This document shows positions 38,955 to 50,721 of a DNA stretch of 64,000 nucleotides, piece after piece. The notes beneath the pieces are model-generated. The model was not told where the DNA came from. It saw nothing but the letters and a program-made list of their open reading frames with translations, and did no database searches. This DNA comes from an uncultured bacterium (GTDB lineage Bacteria; Verrucomicrobiota; Verrucomicrobiia; Limisphaerales; UBA8199), in contig CAVVMW010000028.1 of the NCBI GenBank assembly GCA_963749495.1, forward strand, positions 39,271-103,270. Reading direction: 5' to 3'. The position numbers and the translations under genes are program-made. Numbering within the stretch: the first letter of the stretch is position 1; each line of letters starts with the position of its first letter.

Positions 38955-41328
38955 TCAGGAGTATCGGCCGGCAGTCTCTCTGGATGCCTGACGTTTGGCT
39001 GCGTGCTCCAGGACTTGCTGGATGTGCACATCAACCTGCCGGAGGAAGGCGGGCGAGACGGCGTAGCCGTCGCTTTCGTAGGTCAGGATGGGCGTGCCGC
39101 GCTGCAGGCTCAGCGGCTTGAGGATGGCTTCCGAAATCCGGTAGGGCAGGCAGTTGAACGGCCCAATGACAATGATGCCATCATACCCCTCGCTGGCGGC
39201 GTCCAGCCCTTTGCCGATGGTGGGAATAGTCTCGCCATAGAGGGCCGGCGAGACGTGTTCGGCCGCTTTCTCGAACAAAGAGGAGACCTCGTTCGACCCG
39301 GCCACCAGCAGGCCGGTCTCGAAGAACAGACCGCGGTAATGTTGCTCATACCACCGCTCGGCCTGGTAGCCGGCCCACTTCCGCAAATAGTCCTTTCCGT
39401 CCGGCTGGAACATCCGCGAGCAGGCCCTGGCCAGCGCCAGGCCGCCCGGCTTGAGTCCCCAACCGTCGGCGGTCCGGGCGATGCCGTGATAGGCGCCGTA
39501 GAGCAGGAGGTCGCTCAGATCCACCGGCTTGAGAATGATGCCGCGCGCAGCATAAAGCTCAGCGACGCCTTCCATGAAAAACGGACTGAACCGGGTGAAG
39601 AAGTCGCCGGTCACCACGACCCGCGGGCAGGTCAAAGGACTTCGAGTTCGTCGTCAGCGCCCGTGGAATGCCAATCGAAGGTTGCGGGGCCGTCGGCCAA
39701 GGCGGCGAGGATGGAGGGTGGAGGAGCGAGGATGGCAGGAGACGCTGGACCCTGAGGCTGGCGTTCTGGAGCGGGGAGAGGCGCGGTTGGGTGCCTTGGG
39801 CAGAGGCACCCGATTTGTTGATCGCCTGAGATTGGATGCCCTCCTGCCCGGGCCCTCCCTTGGCCGGGGATTGGTTGGCCGAGCCAAAAAGCAGCTTCGC
39901 CCTTTGTTGCACCAGGTCGGGAGCCGGAGCGGTCCGCGACTTGCGTTTCCAGACGTTTTCATAGAGGCTGCAGCGGCCGCCAAAAGGAAAGCGCCGGCCC
40001 GCCACCTCGAAACGGTCAATGCTGCAAGCCAGCTTGCAGGCGCCGCAGGTGAATCGGCCCACCAGCGCCAGCTCAGGACCGGCCAGCGCCAGCAGGTCGC
40101 GTATCTCATCGGCGCCATGCTGCGATCCGCACCGCTGCAGTGCGAGCAGTGCGACCCCCAAGGCCCCGAGCAACTCGGGGTCACGCGGAATGACCACCTG
40201 GCGCCCGACGCTATGGGCAAAGGCGTGCCCCACCGCGTGATTCAAAGCGACGCCGCCCTGCAAGAAGACCTTGCGGCCTACGCAACGCGCTCCCTTCACG
40301 CGGTTGAGATAGTTGCCCGCGATGGCATAAACCAGCCCGGCCACGATATTGCCTCGCGACTGCCCTTCCTGCTGCGCCAGCCGGATATCGGAGTTGATGA
40401 ACGCCGCACAGGTCGCCTTGAACTGCACCGGAGCAGGGGCCGCCAGCGCCAGGTCGGCAATCTCAGATACTGCCACCCCCAAGTCGCCTTGGGCGCTCTC
40501 CTCCAGAAAGGACCCCGTGCCGGCTGAACACGCGTTGTTCATCGCATAGTCAATCGGCACGCCATTGCGCAGATGGATGTATTTGGAGTCTTGGCCGCCG
40601 ATTTCAAATATGGTGTCGACCTCCGGGTCGAAGTGCGTCGCCCCGGCGGCCTGGGCCGAGATCTCGTTATACACATGCTCGGTGCCCAGGTAAGCGCCAA
40701 TGAGTTCCCTCGCCGAGCCGGTAGTTCCCACGAGGCTAACCCGGCCGCAGCCCCTCTGGCCGGCCAGTAACCGGAGGCACTCCCGGACCGCCCCCACCGG
40801 ATCGCCGTTGGTGCGCGTATAATGAGAGGCCACCACGCCGCCAGTCGCGGGGTCCAGCAGAACGGCTTTGGTCGTGGTCGAGCCGGCATCCACTCCCAGG
40901 ACCATTGGACCTTCAGGGGGCGCCTGTCGTACCGCTGCGCCGATGACCTCGACCCGGTCGGCATAGCGGCTCAGCGGTGGAAGATGACCCAGGCTGGCCC
41001 GCACTGAGAAATTGGGCCATGTGTATAGAGGCTCGTCCCGCGCCAGGAGCGCGCTGCCCCAGGCCTCGAACCACGGACTCTCCTGGAGCACCGTGAACTC
41101 CGTGGCTGGGAGTTTCTCCCGCAACGCGGCCACCATCGCTCCGTTGCGGGTCAGGCCGCCGATCAGCAGCACTCGCGGCATCTCGCGTTGTGCCTTCTCC
41201 AGGAGCGCAACCACCTTGCTGGCCATGCTGTCGTGCAACGTGTGCAAGGGGAGAATCGCCATTGCGGCGGCCTTAATTTGGTGTATATTACAAACCGTTA
41301 GGCGAGGCTCCAAGATCTGGCTTCCCAC
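38955..41328 (-). pseudogene. acyl-CoA dehydratase activase (BadF/BadG/BcrA/BcrD-type), internally deleted and 5'-truncated
   Basis: GVDAGSTTTK, EIGGQDSK, MNNACSAGTGSFLEE, LQGGVA; jumps from IPRALTT to the C-terminal GPFNCLP segment in another frame. Confidence 0.75.
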
Positions 41329-41375
41329 CTTTTGGCGATCCCGCGAGAATAGAAAGAGAGTATAAGAGAGTATTT

Positions 41376-42482
41376 ATGGCAGGGGATTCGATTTTCGCCA
41401 AAAGCGATCAGAAAGCGCCAGTTCCCAGGTGGAAGGAGGTCGTGGCCAAGTACCAGCAGCCCGCGCTCCAGCGCAGTCTTTGGCAGCTCATCAACACCTT
41501 GGTGCCTTACGGGGCGCTCTGGTATTTGATGCGCCTGAGCCTGGGCGTATCCTACTGGCTCACGGGGGTGCTGGCGCTCCTGGCGGGAGCCTTTTTGGTG
41601 CGGGTGTTTATCCTTTTCCACGACTGCGGGCATGGTTCGTTTTTCAAGTCCCCCAAAACGAATGATATCCTCGGGTTCATTACGGGCGTTCTGTGCTTCA
41701 CGCCCTATTACCACTGGCGCTGGGAACATGCTCTCCACCACGCCACCGCGGGCGACCTGGATCGGCGCGGCAAGGGCGATGTCTGGACGCTGACGGTGCA
41801 GGAGTATCTGGAGGCCTCGTGCTGGAAGCGCTCCGCCTACCGGTTGGCGCGCAATCCGCTCGTCTTCCTTGTGCTGGCCCCGCTGTTCGTCTTTTTGATC
41901 AAGCAACGGTTTCCCTCAAAAGAGGCCGCCCGGCGGGAGCGGAACTCGGTGTGTTGGACAAACCTGGCTCTGCTGGCAATGGCCGCGGGCTTGGCTTGCC
42001 TGTTCGGCCTCAAGACCTACCTGCTGCTCCAGTTGGGAGTTTTGATGGTCGCCGGCGTGGCGGGGGTATGGTTGTTTTACGTGCAGCACCAGTTCGAGGG
42101 CGTCTATTGGGAACGCCGCCAGGAATGGGATTGGTGCGCTGCGGCGCTGCAAGGCAGCTCGTTCTACAAACTGCCTAAAGTCCTGCAGTGGTTTTCGGGG
42201 AACATCGGGTTCCATCACATCCATCATTTGAGCCCGCGCATCCCCAATTACAACCTGGAAAAGTGCCACCGGTCGGAGCCGCTGTTTCAGGCGGTTAAGC
42301 CGGTGACACTCTTCTCCAGCTTCAAATCATTGACGTTCCGTCTGTGGGACGAGCAGCGCCGCAAACTGGTAGGGTTCCGCGCCGCGAAGAACCGGCCGCC
42401 ATCTGGAACGTGGCGCATTGCCTGGCGCTTTGTCACCGGCCTGTTGCTCGGGCCGGGCCATGTTGGGCGCTCCAAGAACTAA
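41376..42482 (+). CDS. des: membrane fatty acid desaturase
   Basis: His boxes HDCGH, HALHH, HHIHH. Confidence 0.88.
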   Translation: MAGDSIFAKSDQKAPVPRWKEVVAKYQQPALQRSLWQLINTLVPYGALWYLMRLSLGVSYWLTGVLALLAGAFLVRVFILFHDCGHGSFFKSPKTNDILGFITGVLCFTPYYHWRWEHALHHATAGDLDRRGKGDVWTLTVQEYLEASCWKRSAYRLARNPLVFLVLAPLFVFLIKQRFPSKEAARRERNSVCWTNLALLAMAAGLACLFGLKTYLLLQLGVLMVAGVAGVWLFYVQHQFEGVYWERRQEWDWCAAALQGSSFYKLPKVLQWFSGNIGFHHIHHLSPRIPNYNLEKCHRSEPLFQAVKPVTLFSSFKSLTFRLWDEQRRKLVGFRAAKNRPPSGTWRIAWRFVTGLLLGPGHVGRSKN

Positions 42483-42710
42483 CGTCTTGCCGGCCCGCGG
42501 GCCAAGTTGCATTGCAGGGCATGATGAATGTGAATAAATGCAAACAACAGTTGCTTTATTATCCCGTCTCGCTTAGAGTAATCCCACATTTAGCCAACTT
42601 GCCGATTTCGAGGCAGGAAGATCCTCAATGAATTAGCTTCAGTGATGATTTGAAACCCGAGCGTCGGGAACACCCTGGGAAAAGCAATAGACTAAGTTCG
42701 AAATTCACTT

Positions 42711-43010
42711 ATGGGCACCAAACTGTACGTCGGCAATCTCCCCTTCGACATCACCGAAGGCGACCTGAGAAACATGCTCTCCGAGCACGGCGCGGTCAAT
42801 GAAATCGCGGTAATCATGGATAAATTCACCGGCCAGGGGCGAGGCTTTGCCTTTGCCACCATGAACACGCAGGAAGGCGCCAATGCGGCGATCCTCGCCT
42901 TGAACGGCAAAGACTGGAAAGGGCGCGCCTTGACCGTGAATGAAGCCCGTCCGCGCGAGGACCGTTCGGGCGGAGGTGGTTACGGAGGCGGAGGCCGCTC
43001 GCGCCATTGA
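42711..43010 (+). CDS. RRM RNA-binding protein with Gly-rich tail
   Basis: KLYVGNL (RNP2), RGFAFATM (RNP1), VNEARPRE. Confidence 0.92.
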   Translation: MGTKLYVGNLPFDITEGDLRNMLSEHGAVNEIAVIMDKFTGQGRGFAFATMNTQEGANAAILALNGKDWKGRALTVNEARPREDRSGGGGYGGGGRSRH

Positions 43011-43123
43011 CGGACCACGTGCGGGATGGCTACACCCGGCTGGGCCGCGACGGCGGCATCAAGGCCGCTTTGCCGTACTGCGATATTCCCGTGCAAAGCG
43101 CATTGCCTGCGCTGTGGAAGTTT

Positions 43124-43315
43124 ATGCCGTTTCGCGCTTCTGGCCTCGAATCCCGCATCCTAAAGGCCGTCCAGGAGGCCGGTTACACTGAGCCCACGCC
43201 CATCCAATCGGCCGCCATCCCGCATATCCTTTCGAGGCTTAACTTCCTGGTTCTGGACGAGGCCGAGCGCATGCTCGACACGGGATTCCTGCCTGACATC
43301 CGGCGCACCGTATAG
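43124..43315 (+). pseudogene. DEAD-box RNA helicase remnant
   Basis: Q motif GYTEPTPIQSAAIP joined directly to LVLDEAERMLDTGF; Walker A and C-terminal domain missing. Confidence 0.8.
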
Positions 43316-43588
43316 CTAACTTTTTGTCCAGTGCTGAGGCCGCCGGCGGCCCTTTCCCGTCGGACGAGTCAGTTCGATGATCTCGGGCATCTCGAAGCCC
43401 ATTTTGTCGTCGACAATTTCACGCAAGGCGATGTCCGCGGCGCCGAGATTGGCAACGTCCGCCACCAGTGGCCTGCCCCTGCCTCCGCCGCCCAAGTTTA
43501 GCTGGCGGACGCGTTGTGAAACCATGTTGACCAGGACGTTGGGGTTAAGGACTTTCTCCAGGGCTTTTTTAACGAGAGTTGCATTCAT
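43316..43588 (-). CDS. rpoZ: RNA polymerase omega-subunit-like protein
   Basis: ALEKVLNPNVLVNMVSQRVRQL...ADIALREI. Confidence 0.65.
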   Translation of the reverse strand: MNATLVKKALEKVLNPNVLVNMVSQRVRQLNLGGGGRGRPLVADVANLGAADIALREIVDDKMGFEMPEIIELTRPTGKGRRRPQHWTKS

Positions 43589-44248
43589 AGCTTTCCAAAA
43601 GCAGGGAGCATCGGGATGTTGTCGTTGAGCGCGCGCCAGACAGGGTGATTCGGCTTGGCCCGCATCAAAGCACGCGCCCGACACAGGCCATCGCCAGCAC
43701 CGACCTCCGCGAGGTTGCGCTCCAAGCACGCCCCGAGGTGGGTGTCGGTGACATTCACGACTGCCATGAGTCCTCTGCCCAGCTTGGGATATGCCATCGA
43801 GTTTTCCTAATTCGCGTACGTTGCGCCGCAATGGTTTATGGGATTGAGCCAATCGCGGGCGCCTTCTCGTTCCGACCTGATTCGTGCAAAACGCATCGGA
43901 GCCCAGGATGGAACCGAGCAATTTGCACGGTCCGAGAAACCCTTTGAATATCCCTCGGCAGAGGTAGCCGCCGATCTCAAGGGGTTGGAGGTGATCGAAT
44001 ACCGCGAGAGCCAGCGGGAAATGAACCAATTCGACGACGATCTTCGGCGAGGCTCCCCGGTAATGGGTCAGAGATGGCGGGGCTTGGATTCTTTTAACCA
44101 CGGATGGACACGGATAAACACGGATTTGGGCCTTATCTGTGTTCATCCGTGTCCATCCGTGGTTGGAACTCCCGCCGTCACTGAGGCCTTACGCTCCCCG
44201 TCAAGTGCCACTTTCCATCCCTTGACCCCTATGGTAGGGTTCGCAGCG

Positions 44249-45109
44249 ATGAAACCTCCTTGCCGCCGAGTCGAATTCCACGACTTCCTCCGCAACAGCA
44301 GGCGGTTTGCCGCGGGTCTTGCCTTTACGTTGATCGAACTGCTGGTGGTCATTGCGGTCATTGCGATTCTGGCCGCCCTGCTCCTGCCGGCGCTATCGAA
44401 GGCCCGAGCGCAGGGCCTGCGCATCTCGTGCGTGAACAACCAGAAACAACTGGTTTTGACCTGGGCGCTGTATGCCGTCAACTATCGTGAATACCTGGTC
44501 CCGAACGGAGCCGGCCTGCCACGGCGTTCCGGGGCGTATTTGTGGGTGCTTGGGGACGATCACAATTACCTGCCGGCCTTTGTCAACACGCAGTTCCTGG
44601 TCAATCCCACGAACGCCCTGTTCGCCCCTTATCTCAAAACGCCGCAACCCTATAAATGCCCGGCGGACCAATCAACCCTGCAGTTCAACGGGACCAATGC
44701 GCCAAAGATCCGCAGCTACGCCCTCAACTGCTACGTGGGCACGCCTATCGGCACCCTGGAAGACCCTTTCACCCCCTCGCCCGACGCTCGCTACTACCTG
44801 AGGACTTCAGATTTGGCCGTGACGACGCCGGCCGGACGATTCCTCTTCATGGATGTGAACCCGGCGAACATCTGCGCTCCGGCCTTCGGCGTGAACATGG
44901 ACGCGGACATTATTTTCAACTATCCATCCTGTTTGCACAATCTGTCCGGCGTGGTGAGCTTCTCTGACAACCACGTCGAGACCCACAAGTGGGTGGATCC
45001 GAGGACCAGGAAGACCGTTCCCAACGGCCAGGTCATCCACCATACCGATGCTTCGCCCAATAACCAGGATCTGAACTGGATCCGGCTCCGTACCACGGCC
45101 AAGAAGTGA
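44249..45109 (+). CDS. prepilin-type N-methylation / H-X9-DG protein
   Basis: [41 protein letters not shown]. Confidence 0.88.
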   Translation: MKPPCRRVEFHDFLRNSRRFAAGLAFTLIELLVVIAVIAILAALLLPALSKARAQGLRISCVNNQKQLVLTWALYAVNYREYLVPNGAGLPRRSGAYLWVLGDDHNYLPAFVNTQFLVNPTNALFAPYLKTPQPYKCPADQSTLQFNGTNAPKIRSYALNCYVGTPIGTLEDPFTPSPDARYYLRTSDLAVTTPAGRFLFMDVNPANICAPAFGVNMDADIIFNYPSCLHNLSGVVSFSDNHVETHKWVDPRTRKTVPNGQVIHHTDASPNNQDLNWIRLRTTAKK

Positions 45110-45264
45110 TCGGGATAGAAATTGTAGTTGTCGTAAACGAACTCGTTAGCGGCGGGGAACCTCTTGCGCAGCGCCCGGCGCACCGCTCGAATCAAGGTTT
45201 GGTGCTGGGGCTCGAACTTATCAATAAAGGCTTTGAGCTGTTTTTCGGGATCAACGGTGCTCAT
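45110..45264 (-). pseudogene. truncated DUF1801/YdhG-like protein
   Basis: EKQLKAFIDKF...LRKRFPAANEFVYDNYNF, then runs into the convergent gene. Confidence 0.5.
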
Positions 45265-45273
45265 TGTTCTTAC

Positions 45274-45603
45274 TCAATGGCCCTTGGCGTCCGTGGTTTG
45301 CTCCGCGGATTGTGGTGCCGCATTACGGGATCGGAGCCTGCGCAACGTGCAGCCTGACAATTTCATCAAGGCGCCGAGCAGTGCCCCAAGGCAGGGCCAG
45401 TATAGAAACCAGAGCACAACGAACAACGAACCAAACTCGAACTTCCGGAGCGAAGGGATTGCCCGTTGGAGTGAAGTTGTGATCCACAGCAACGGCGCCT
45501 CGATGAACGTGCCCTCTGTCGGTCGTTGCTCAAGCAGAAATAGACACGCCGCCAAAGCAACACCTGCGCCAAAGCCTGCAAAGACTAAGATCCACTTTTT
45601 CAT
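45274..45603 (-). CDS. small membrane hypothetical protein
   Basis: Two hydrophobic segments; lower GC than flanks. Confidence 0.5.
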   Translation of the reverse strand: MKKWILVFAGFGAGVALAACLFLLEQRPTEGTFIEAPLLWITTSLQRAIPSLRKFEFGSLFVVLWFLYWPCLGALLGALMKLSGCTLRRLRSRNAAPQSAEQTTDAKGH

Positions 45604-45824
45604 AGACGTGAATGCTGCGACTAACGATTAAGCTGAGCCACGCCGGGCCGACGACCCAGGACAACCTGCGTTCAGGCAAGCCTAAAACCTTGCCCTGATA
45701 AGTCAAGCCCCGATGCTGCCACTCCCAGGGCAGCCCCAGGGCAGCCAAAAACGTCGTCAGGATCATGCGCGAACACCTCGAAGGCTTATTCCCCAAGGCC
45801 TGCGCCAACATGTGGAAGCCCTCC

Positions 45825-47209
45825 TGCAGGCCCACTGATTACTGCGACGAGAACAAGCTCGCCACGCGCGAGCGGTTGGACCTGTTCATCCCGATCTGCC
45901 AGGCCGTCCAGCACGCCCACCAGAAAGGCATCATCCACCGCGACCTGAAGCCGTCGAACATCCTCGTAACACTGCACGATGGCCTGGCGATGGATGTGCA
46001 GCGTCATCTGGGCGATGAGCCGGTGCTGGCCCGGCCGCCGAGCAAAGTGTACCGGTTTCAGAAGATGGTGCGGCGCAATACGTTGGTCTTTGGGGCGGGC
46101 GCCGCGGTGGCGGCATCGCTGGTCATCGGGCTGGGGATCTCCGGCTGGTTCATCATCAAGGAGAAGAAACAGCGCAGGATAGCAGAGGGGGAACGCAACC
46201 GGGCCGCCGCCGCGCAAAAGAAGGCCCAAGCTGCCGAACAGGTCGCGGAGGCGAGGGCAAACCAACTGCGGGAGGCCCTTCGTCTGTGGCATTGGGGCAT
46301 GACCAACCTAAGCCAGACCGAGACGTTCTTCCGCCAGGCATTGCAGACGCAGAGAAAATCGTCAGGAAACGATTCGTTCGACCTGGTGCCCGGGCTCCAG
46401 GACCTGGCCAGCATCCAGCAGATGGAAGGCAAGCTGGGCGAGGCCTCGGCCGCATTGCGTGAGGCCTTGGAATTGCAAAGGAAAACTCTGGGCCAAGAAC
46501 ATCCGGCAGTGGCGGCCGGGCTTCTCGAGCTGGGAGCGATGCTCCAGCGCCAGGGCAAGCTTCAGGAGTCCGAGGCAGCGTTCCGCCAAGCCCTGACCCG
46601 CTGCGCCGCCGCGCCGCAGCCAATCCCTCCGAGGCGGATCACAATCTTGGGATTGTGTTGCACCATTTGGCCGACGTGCTGCGGGAAGAGAAGTCGCTGC
46701 CGGAGGCCCAAGTGCTGGCCCAGGAGGCGGTCACCCTGTATGAGCGCCATTCAGAATGGCCGGCTGCCGAACGCGTCCACGCGCAAAAAGTGCTGGCTAG
46801 CGTGCTTGGAGACTCGGGCAGTCCTTCCGAAGCGCAACAGTTGTTGAGCCGGATGCGCCAGACGCGGAACCTGGCGATGCAGGCCATGCTCCATGCCGTG
46901 CACGGCGAATGGCAGGCGGCGGCTGCGGAAGTGCGCCAAATCACGGAACTCGATCCCTCGGACCACTGGAACTTTTTCGTGCTGGCGCCGCTTCTCATCC
47001 AGAACGGCGATGTGCCCGGTTACCAGAAAAACTGCCGCACGATGCTGGCCCTGTTCGGCAATTCGGACACCCCTGCCATCGCGGAGCGCGTTGCCAAGGC
47101 GTGTCTGTTGCTGCCCTCTGCCATCAGCGCAGACGACCTGGCCAAGATTGGCAGGTTGGCAACGTTGGCCGTGGACTTCGGACAGAGCAGCCAATGGCTG
47201 CATTGCTAA
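45825..47209 (+). pseudogene. Ser/Thr kinase-TPR protein, internally deleted and frameshifted
   Basis: [19 protein letters not shown] fused directly to [10 protein letters not shown]; TPRs follow; frame change near 46600. Confidence 0.78.
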
Positions 47210-47399
47210 GATCGATGAAGCCTTGACATCCCCTCCCTGTCCGGCAGCATGGGACCCGCATGAGCGAGGTGCAACACCAACTCTCCCTCAACTGCGCAGC
47301 GTCAAAGCCAGCGGCGCGGCAGAAGACCAAACTCCTGCCAGTTTTCGTGTTTCGCAATAAATTGTCCCCTTTTCGCCCGGGCTTACATGTATAAGGTGA

Positions 47400-48626
47400 A
47401 TGATGGGCCACGACATGGAGTTGCTGCGGGAGTATGCCGCCCGCCGCTCTGAAGATGCCTTTGCCACCCTGGTTGCGCGGCATATCGGCCTGGTCTATTC
47501 GTCGGCGTTGCGGCAGGTGCGTGATCCCCTTCTGGCCGAGGAAATCACCCAGGCTGTTTTTATCATTCTGGCCCGAAAGGCGGCCTTGCTCAGCGCAAAA
47601 ACCATCCTTCCCGGCTGGCTCTATCGCACCACCCGTTTTACGGCGGCCAATGTGTTGAGAACCGAATCCAACCGTCACCGCCGCGAACAGGAGGCGCAAA
47701 TGCAATCCACAATTGACAATGGCCCGGCGGAAGCGGTCTGGCAGGAATTGTCGCCCATGGTGGATGAAGCCATGAACCGGCTTGGAAAAACCGACCGCGA
47801 TGCCCTGCTGCTGCGCTATTTCGAGAACAAGAGTTTGCGGGAGGTGGGGGCGGCTCTGGGCACGAACGAGGAGGCCGCCAAGAAACGGGTGGCTCGAGGC
47901 TTGGACAAGCTCCGCGCTTTCTTCGCCAAACGGGGCGTTGCGATGTCATCAGTGGCGATTGCCGGGGCCTTGTCGGCCTATTCGGTCCAAGCCGCGCCCG
48001 TCGCGCTGGCAAAAGCAGCGACTGCCCTTGTCATTTGCAAAGGCGCGGCAGTGAGCATTTCAACTTTAACCCTCATCAAAGGAGCATTGAAACTCATGGC
48101 ATGGGCAAAAGCAAAGACGGCGGTAGTGGTTGGCGTGGGAGCGTTCCTCGCGGCGGGAACGGCGACGGTTCTAATCGAAAAGCAGAATGAAGCGAAGCAA
48201 TACACCTTGGCCAGTGAACCTTGGTCGGAAGTTGGGGCGGCAACGCCCAAGGCGACATTGGAAAGCTTGGCGTGGGCATTAACGCAAGAAAAATTTGACC
48301 GTGCCCAAGAGTTGATGCATTGGGATGAAAAAGGCGTGGAACATGCCGCCAATCTCACGCGTCAGCACCAAATCACCTTAAGGTCAACGCTCGCTCCCGC
48401 CCTCAAGGACATCGAGTCGTTCAGGATATTATCAATCGAGCCAACCAAACAAGCGAACGAAGTGATAGTCAAGTTCGAGAAGACTTTCAAAGATAGAAGT
48501 ATTGTGCCGTTTGCCGTAACAGCAAAACTCCGCCGCGTGGGAGGTCGATGGCGCGCGGTTGGCAATATCGAATACTTTGAAGGCGGCGGCGTATCCATGC
48601 GTCTCCCATTTACTGGTTCGTTTTGA
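47400..48626 (+). CDS. ECF-type sigma-70 factor with C-terminal extension
   Basis: [51 protein letters not shown]. Confidence 0.88.
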   Translation: MMGHDMELLREYAARRSEDAFATLVARHIGLVYSSALRQVRDPLLAEEITQAVFIILARKAALLSAKTILPGWLYRTTRFTAANVLRTESNRHRREQEAQMQSTIDNGPAEAVWQELSPMVDEAMNRLGKTDRDALLLRYFENKSLREVGAALGTNEEAAKKRVARGLDKLRAFFAKRGVAMSSVAIAGALSAYSVQAAPVALAKAATALVICKGAAVSISTLTLIKGALKLMAWAKAKTAVVVGVGAFLAAGTATVLIEKQNEAKQYTLASEPWSEVGAATPKATLESLAWALTQEKFDRAQELMHWDEKGVEHAANLTRQHQITLRSTLAPALKDIESFRILSIEPTKQANEVIVKFEKTFKDRSIVPFAVTAKLRRVGGRWRAVGNIEYFEGGGVSMRLPFTGSF

Positions 48627-48638
48627 AGATTCGGGATT

Positions 48639-49463
48639 ATGTTTGTCGCTTCAGACAGCAGACCCATGGGCCGTCCTGTACGCCAGGGCTTCACCCTTTT
48701 GGAACTGTTGGTGGTCATCGCCATCATTGCCATCCTGGCCGCGTTGCTCCTGCCGGTGCTGAGCAGCGCCAAGGCCAAGGCCACGGGCGCGAGCTGCCGG
48801 AACAATCTCAAGCAGCTCCAGGCCTGCTGGCAATTGTATGTCGATGACTACCATGGGATGGTGCCGCCCAACCGTTCGCTCCTCGTCAACGGCGTCTGGC
48901 GCAGCACGCCCGATTCCTGGATCGGCTCGAGCAGCGCTCCTTATGACGACAACTTCCAGCCCATCGAGCAGGGCCTGCTCTTCAAATACGACTACAACCG
49001 CTCCCTGGGTGTGTACCGCTGCCCGGCCGACAAATCAACGGTCCGGCGGCTCAACGGGCAGAATACCGGCTTGCCCCGGACCCGCAGCTACTCGATGAGC
49101 GGCTGCCTGGGCGGCCGGACTAACGAGGTCCAAAACACCGTCCTCCGCGCCAGCGACATCCCCAACGCCGGGCGCCTCTTTGTGTTCATCGATGAAAACG
49201 AGGACAGCATCGATGACGCCCACTTCCTCACCTGGCCGGCCCCGGATGACCGCTGGGTCAACATGCCCGCGGATCGCCATGGGCGCGTGGGAGTTCTCTC
49301 CTTCGCCGACGGCCACGCCGAGACCTGGAAATGGAGATGGCCCAAGCAGTTCAAGCAAAAACAGAGCTATTGGAAGCTGGCGGAGAGCCCGGCGGACCTG
49401 GCCGACCTGCGCAGGCTCCAGGGCGTCATCCTCCAGGTCCCGGATTTCGTCCCGCAGCCTTGA
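48639..49463 (+). CDS. prepilin-type N-methylation / H-X9-DG protein
   Basis: [39 protein letters not shown]. Confidence 0.88.
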   Translation: MFVASDSRPMGRPVRQGFTLLELLVVIAIIAILAALLLPVLSSAKAKATGASCRNNLKQLQACWQLYVDDYHGMVPPNRSLLVNGVWRSTPDSWIGSSSAPYDDNFQPIEQGLLFKYDYNRSLGVYRCPADKSTVRRLNGQNTGLPRTRSYSMSGCLGGRTNEVQNTVLRASDIPNAGRLFVFIDENEDSIDDAHFLTWPAPDDRWVNMPADRHGRVGVLSFADGHAETWKWRWPKQFKQKQSYWKLAESPADLADLRRLQGVILQVPDFVPQP

Positions 49464-49471
49464 TTGAAGGC

Positions 49472-49610
49472 TACTGCAGCGTCACCAGGGCCAGGACCAG
49501 GCCTTTGCCTTCCGTCAGGTTGCTCATCGCCTTGCCCGGAATCGCCCCTTGGGCCCTGGTCCAATCGGTGACCTTCATCGCGTGACCCGGAGCGCCGGAC
49601 GTGGTCAGCG
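49472..49610 (-). pseudogene. duplicated 3' end of the 50722 gene
   Basis: LTTSGAPGHAMKVTDWTRAQGAIPGKAMSNLTEGKGLVLALVTLQ*; DNA nearly matches 50722-50860. Confidence 0.75.
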
Positions 49611-49835
49611 GGTCTCCCCTTCGGAAGGGCAGAGGCAGAGTTCTCGGTAGCGCTTTGAGGAAGCGGAGACGCCCGGAAGCTCCGGAGACTGCGGACGCTT
49701 CTCCCTCTCCCCGTCGGACGGGGAGAGGGCTGGGGTGAGGGGTCCTCCGGGGACTGTCGCGGCCTTCAATGACCGGTTACGCGGCGGCTGAGATTCCCCT
49801 TGCCGCGCTGGCATTCGCAGCTACATTTTCCTTGA

Positions 49836-50069
49836 ATGAACTCGTTGCTGTCGCGCATCACGATTAATCCGGAGATTTGCCACGGCAAGCCGGTGATTCG
49901 GAACCTGCGGTACCCGGTGGAAACCATGCTGGAATACTTGGCCGCCGACGATGGGATCGAGGACCTGCTGGCTGAATTTCCAGATCTGGAGCGGGAGGAC
50001 TTTCTGGCGTGTCTTGAATTCGCCGCGCAGTCGCTGCGGGTCAAGAGCCAACACCTCGTGCTGTCATGA
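49836..50069 (+). CDS. DUF433 family antitoxin
   Basis: RITINPEICHGKPVIRNLR...FPDLEREDF. Confidence 0.88.
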   Translation: MNSLLSRITINPEICHGKPVIRNLRYPVETMLEYLAADDGIEDLLAEFPDLEREDFLACLEFAAQSLRVKSQHLVLS

Positions 50070-50419
50070 AATTCCTGGTGGACGCGCACCTCCCGCCAGG
50101 AATCTGCGCGCTTCTCCAATCGGCCGGCCACGACGCCGTCCACACCCGGCAGCTTCCTGCGCAAAACCAGACACCCGGCCGGATCATCAACGATCTTTCC
50201 GTCAGAGACCAGCGCGTGGTCATCTCCAAGGACACCGACTTCTACTACTCCCACCTGCTGCTGCAAAGGCCGCACAAACTGTTGCTTATTCGGACCGGCA
50301 ACCTCCGCACCCGGGAACTCAAGGCCCTTTTTGAAGCTCATCTTGGCGAGATCACACACGCCCTCGAAACCAACTCCCTCGTGGAATTGGATCGATCCTC
50401 GGTGCGAATTGTGGTCTGA
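50066..50419 (+). CDS. DUF5615 PIN-like toxin
   Basis: MKFLVDAHLP, GHDAVH, VISKDTDF. Confidence 0.85.
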   Translation: MKFLVDAHLPPGICALLQSAGHDAVHTRQLPAQNQTPGRIINDLSVRDQRVVISKDTDFYYSHLLLQRPHKLLLIRTGNLRTRELKALFEAHLGEITHALETNSLVELDRSSVRIVV

Positions 50420-50460
50420 CGCCGCAGGGTTGTCGGGAGAAAGGATTCCTGAAAAGAGGG

Positions 50461-50661
50461 TCAAACCGTAGTTTGGAGCTGGACCTGTACGCATGCCGCA
50501 ACGGCGGTTGTGGTTTTCTCCTTCGCGTGCAGCCAATGGTGCAGCACGGACTTGGCGCCCTCGGAAGTGCCGATCTGCAGCCTCGCGGCTATCAACTTGA
50601 TGGGCAGCGTCGTTTCCTTTCTCACCCGCTCGGCGACTGCCAGCCTCGCTCGACGCGTCAA
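50461..50661 (-). pseudogene. C-terminal HTH remnant of a Y1/RAYT-like transposase
   Basis: RLAVAERVRKETTLPIKLIAARLQIGTS resembles the C-terminus I recall from verrucomicrobial REP-associated transposases. Confidence 0.5.
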
Positions 50662-50721
50662 GCACCAAAACCACGAAATCCCACATCACAGCCGCGAATC
50701 TGCGGTTTTGACCCATTTCCT

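Noticed and set aside
43800..44245. N-terminal extension of the prepilin ORF from 43838
   Set aside because: It runs through a repeat array and probable gene debris; the N-methylation motif fits a start at 44249
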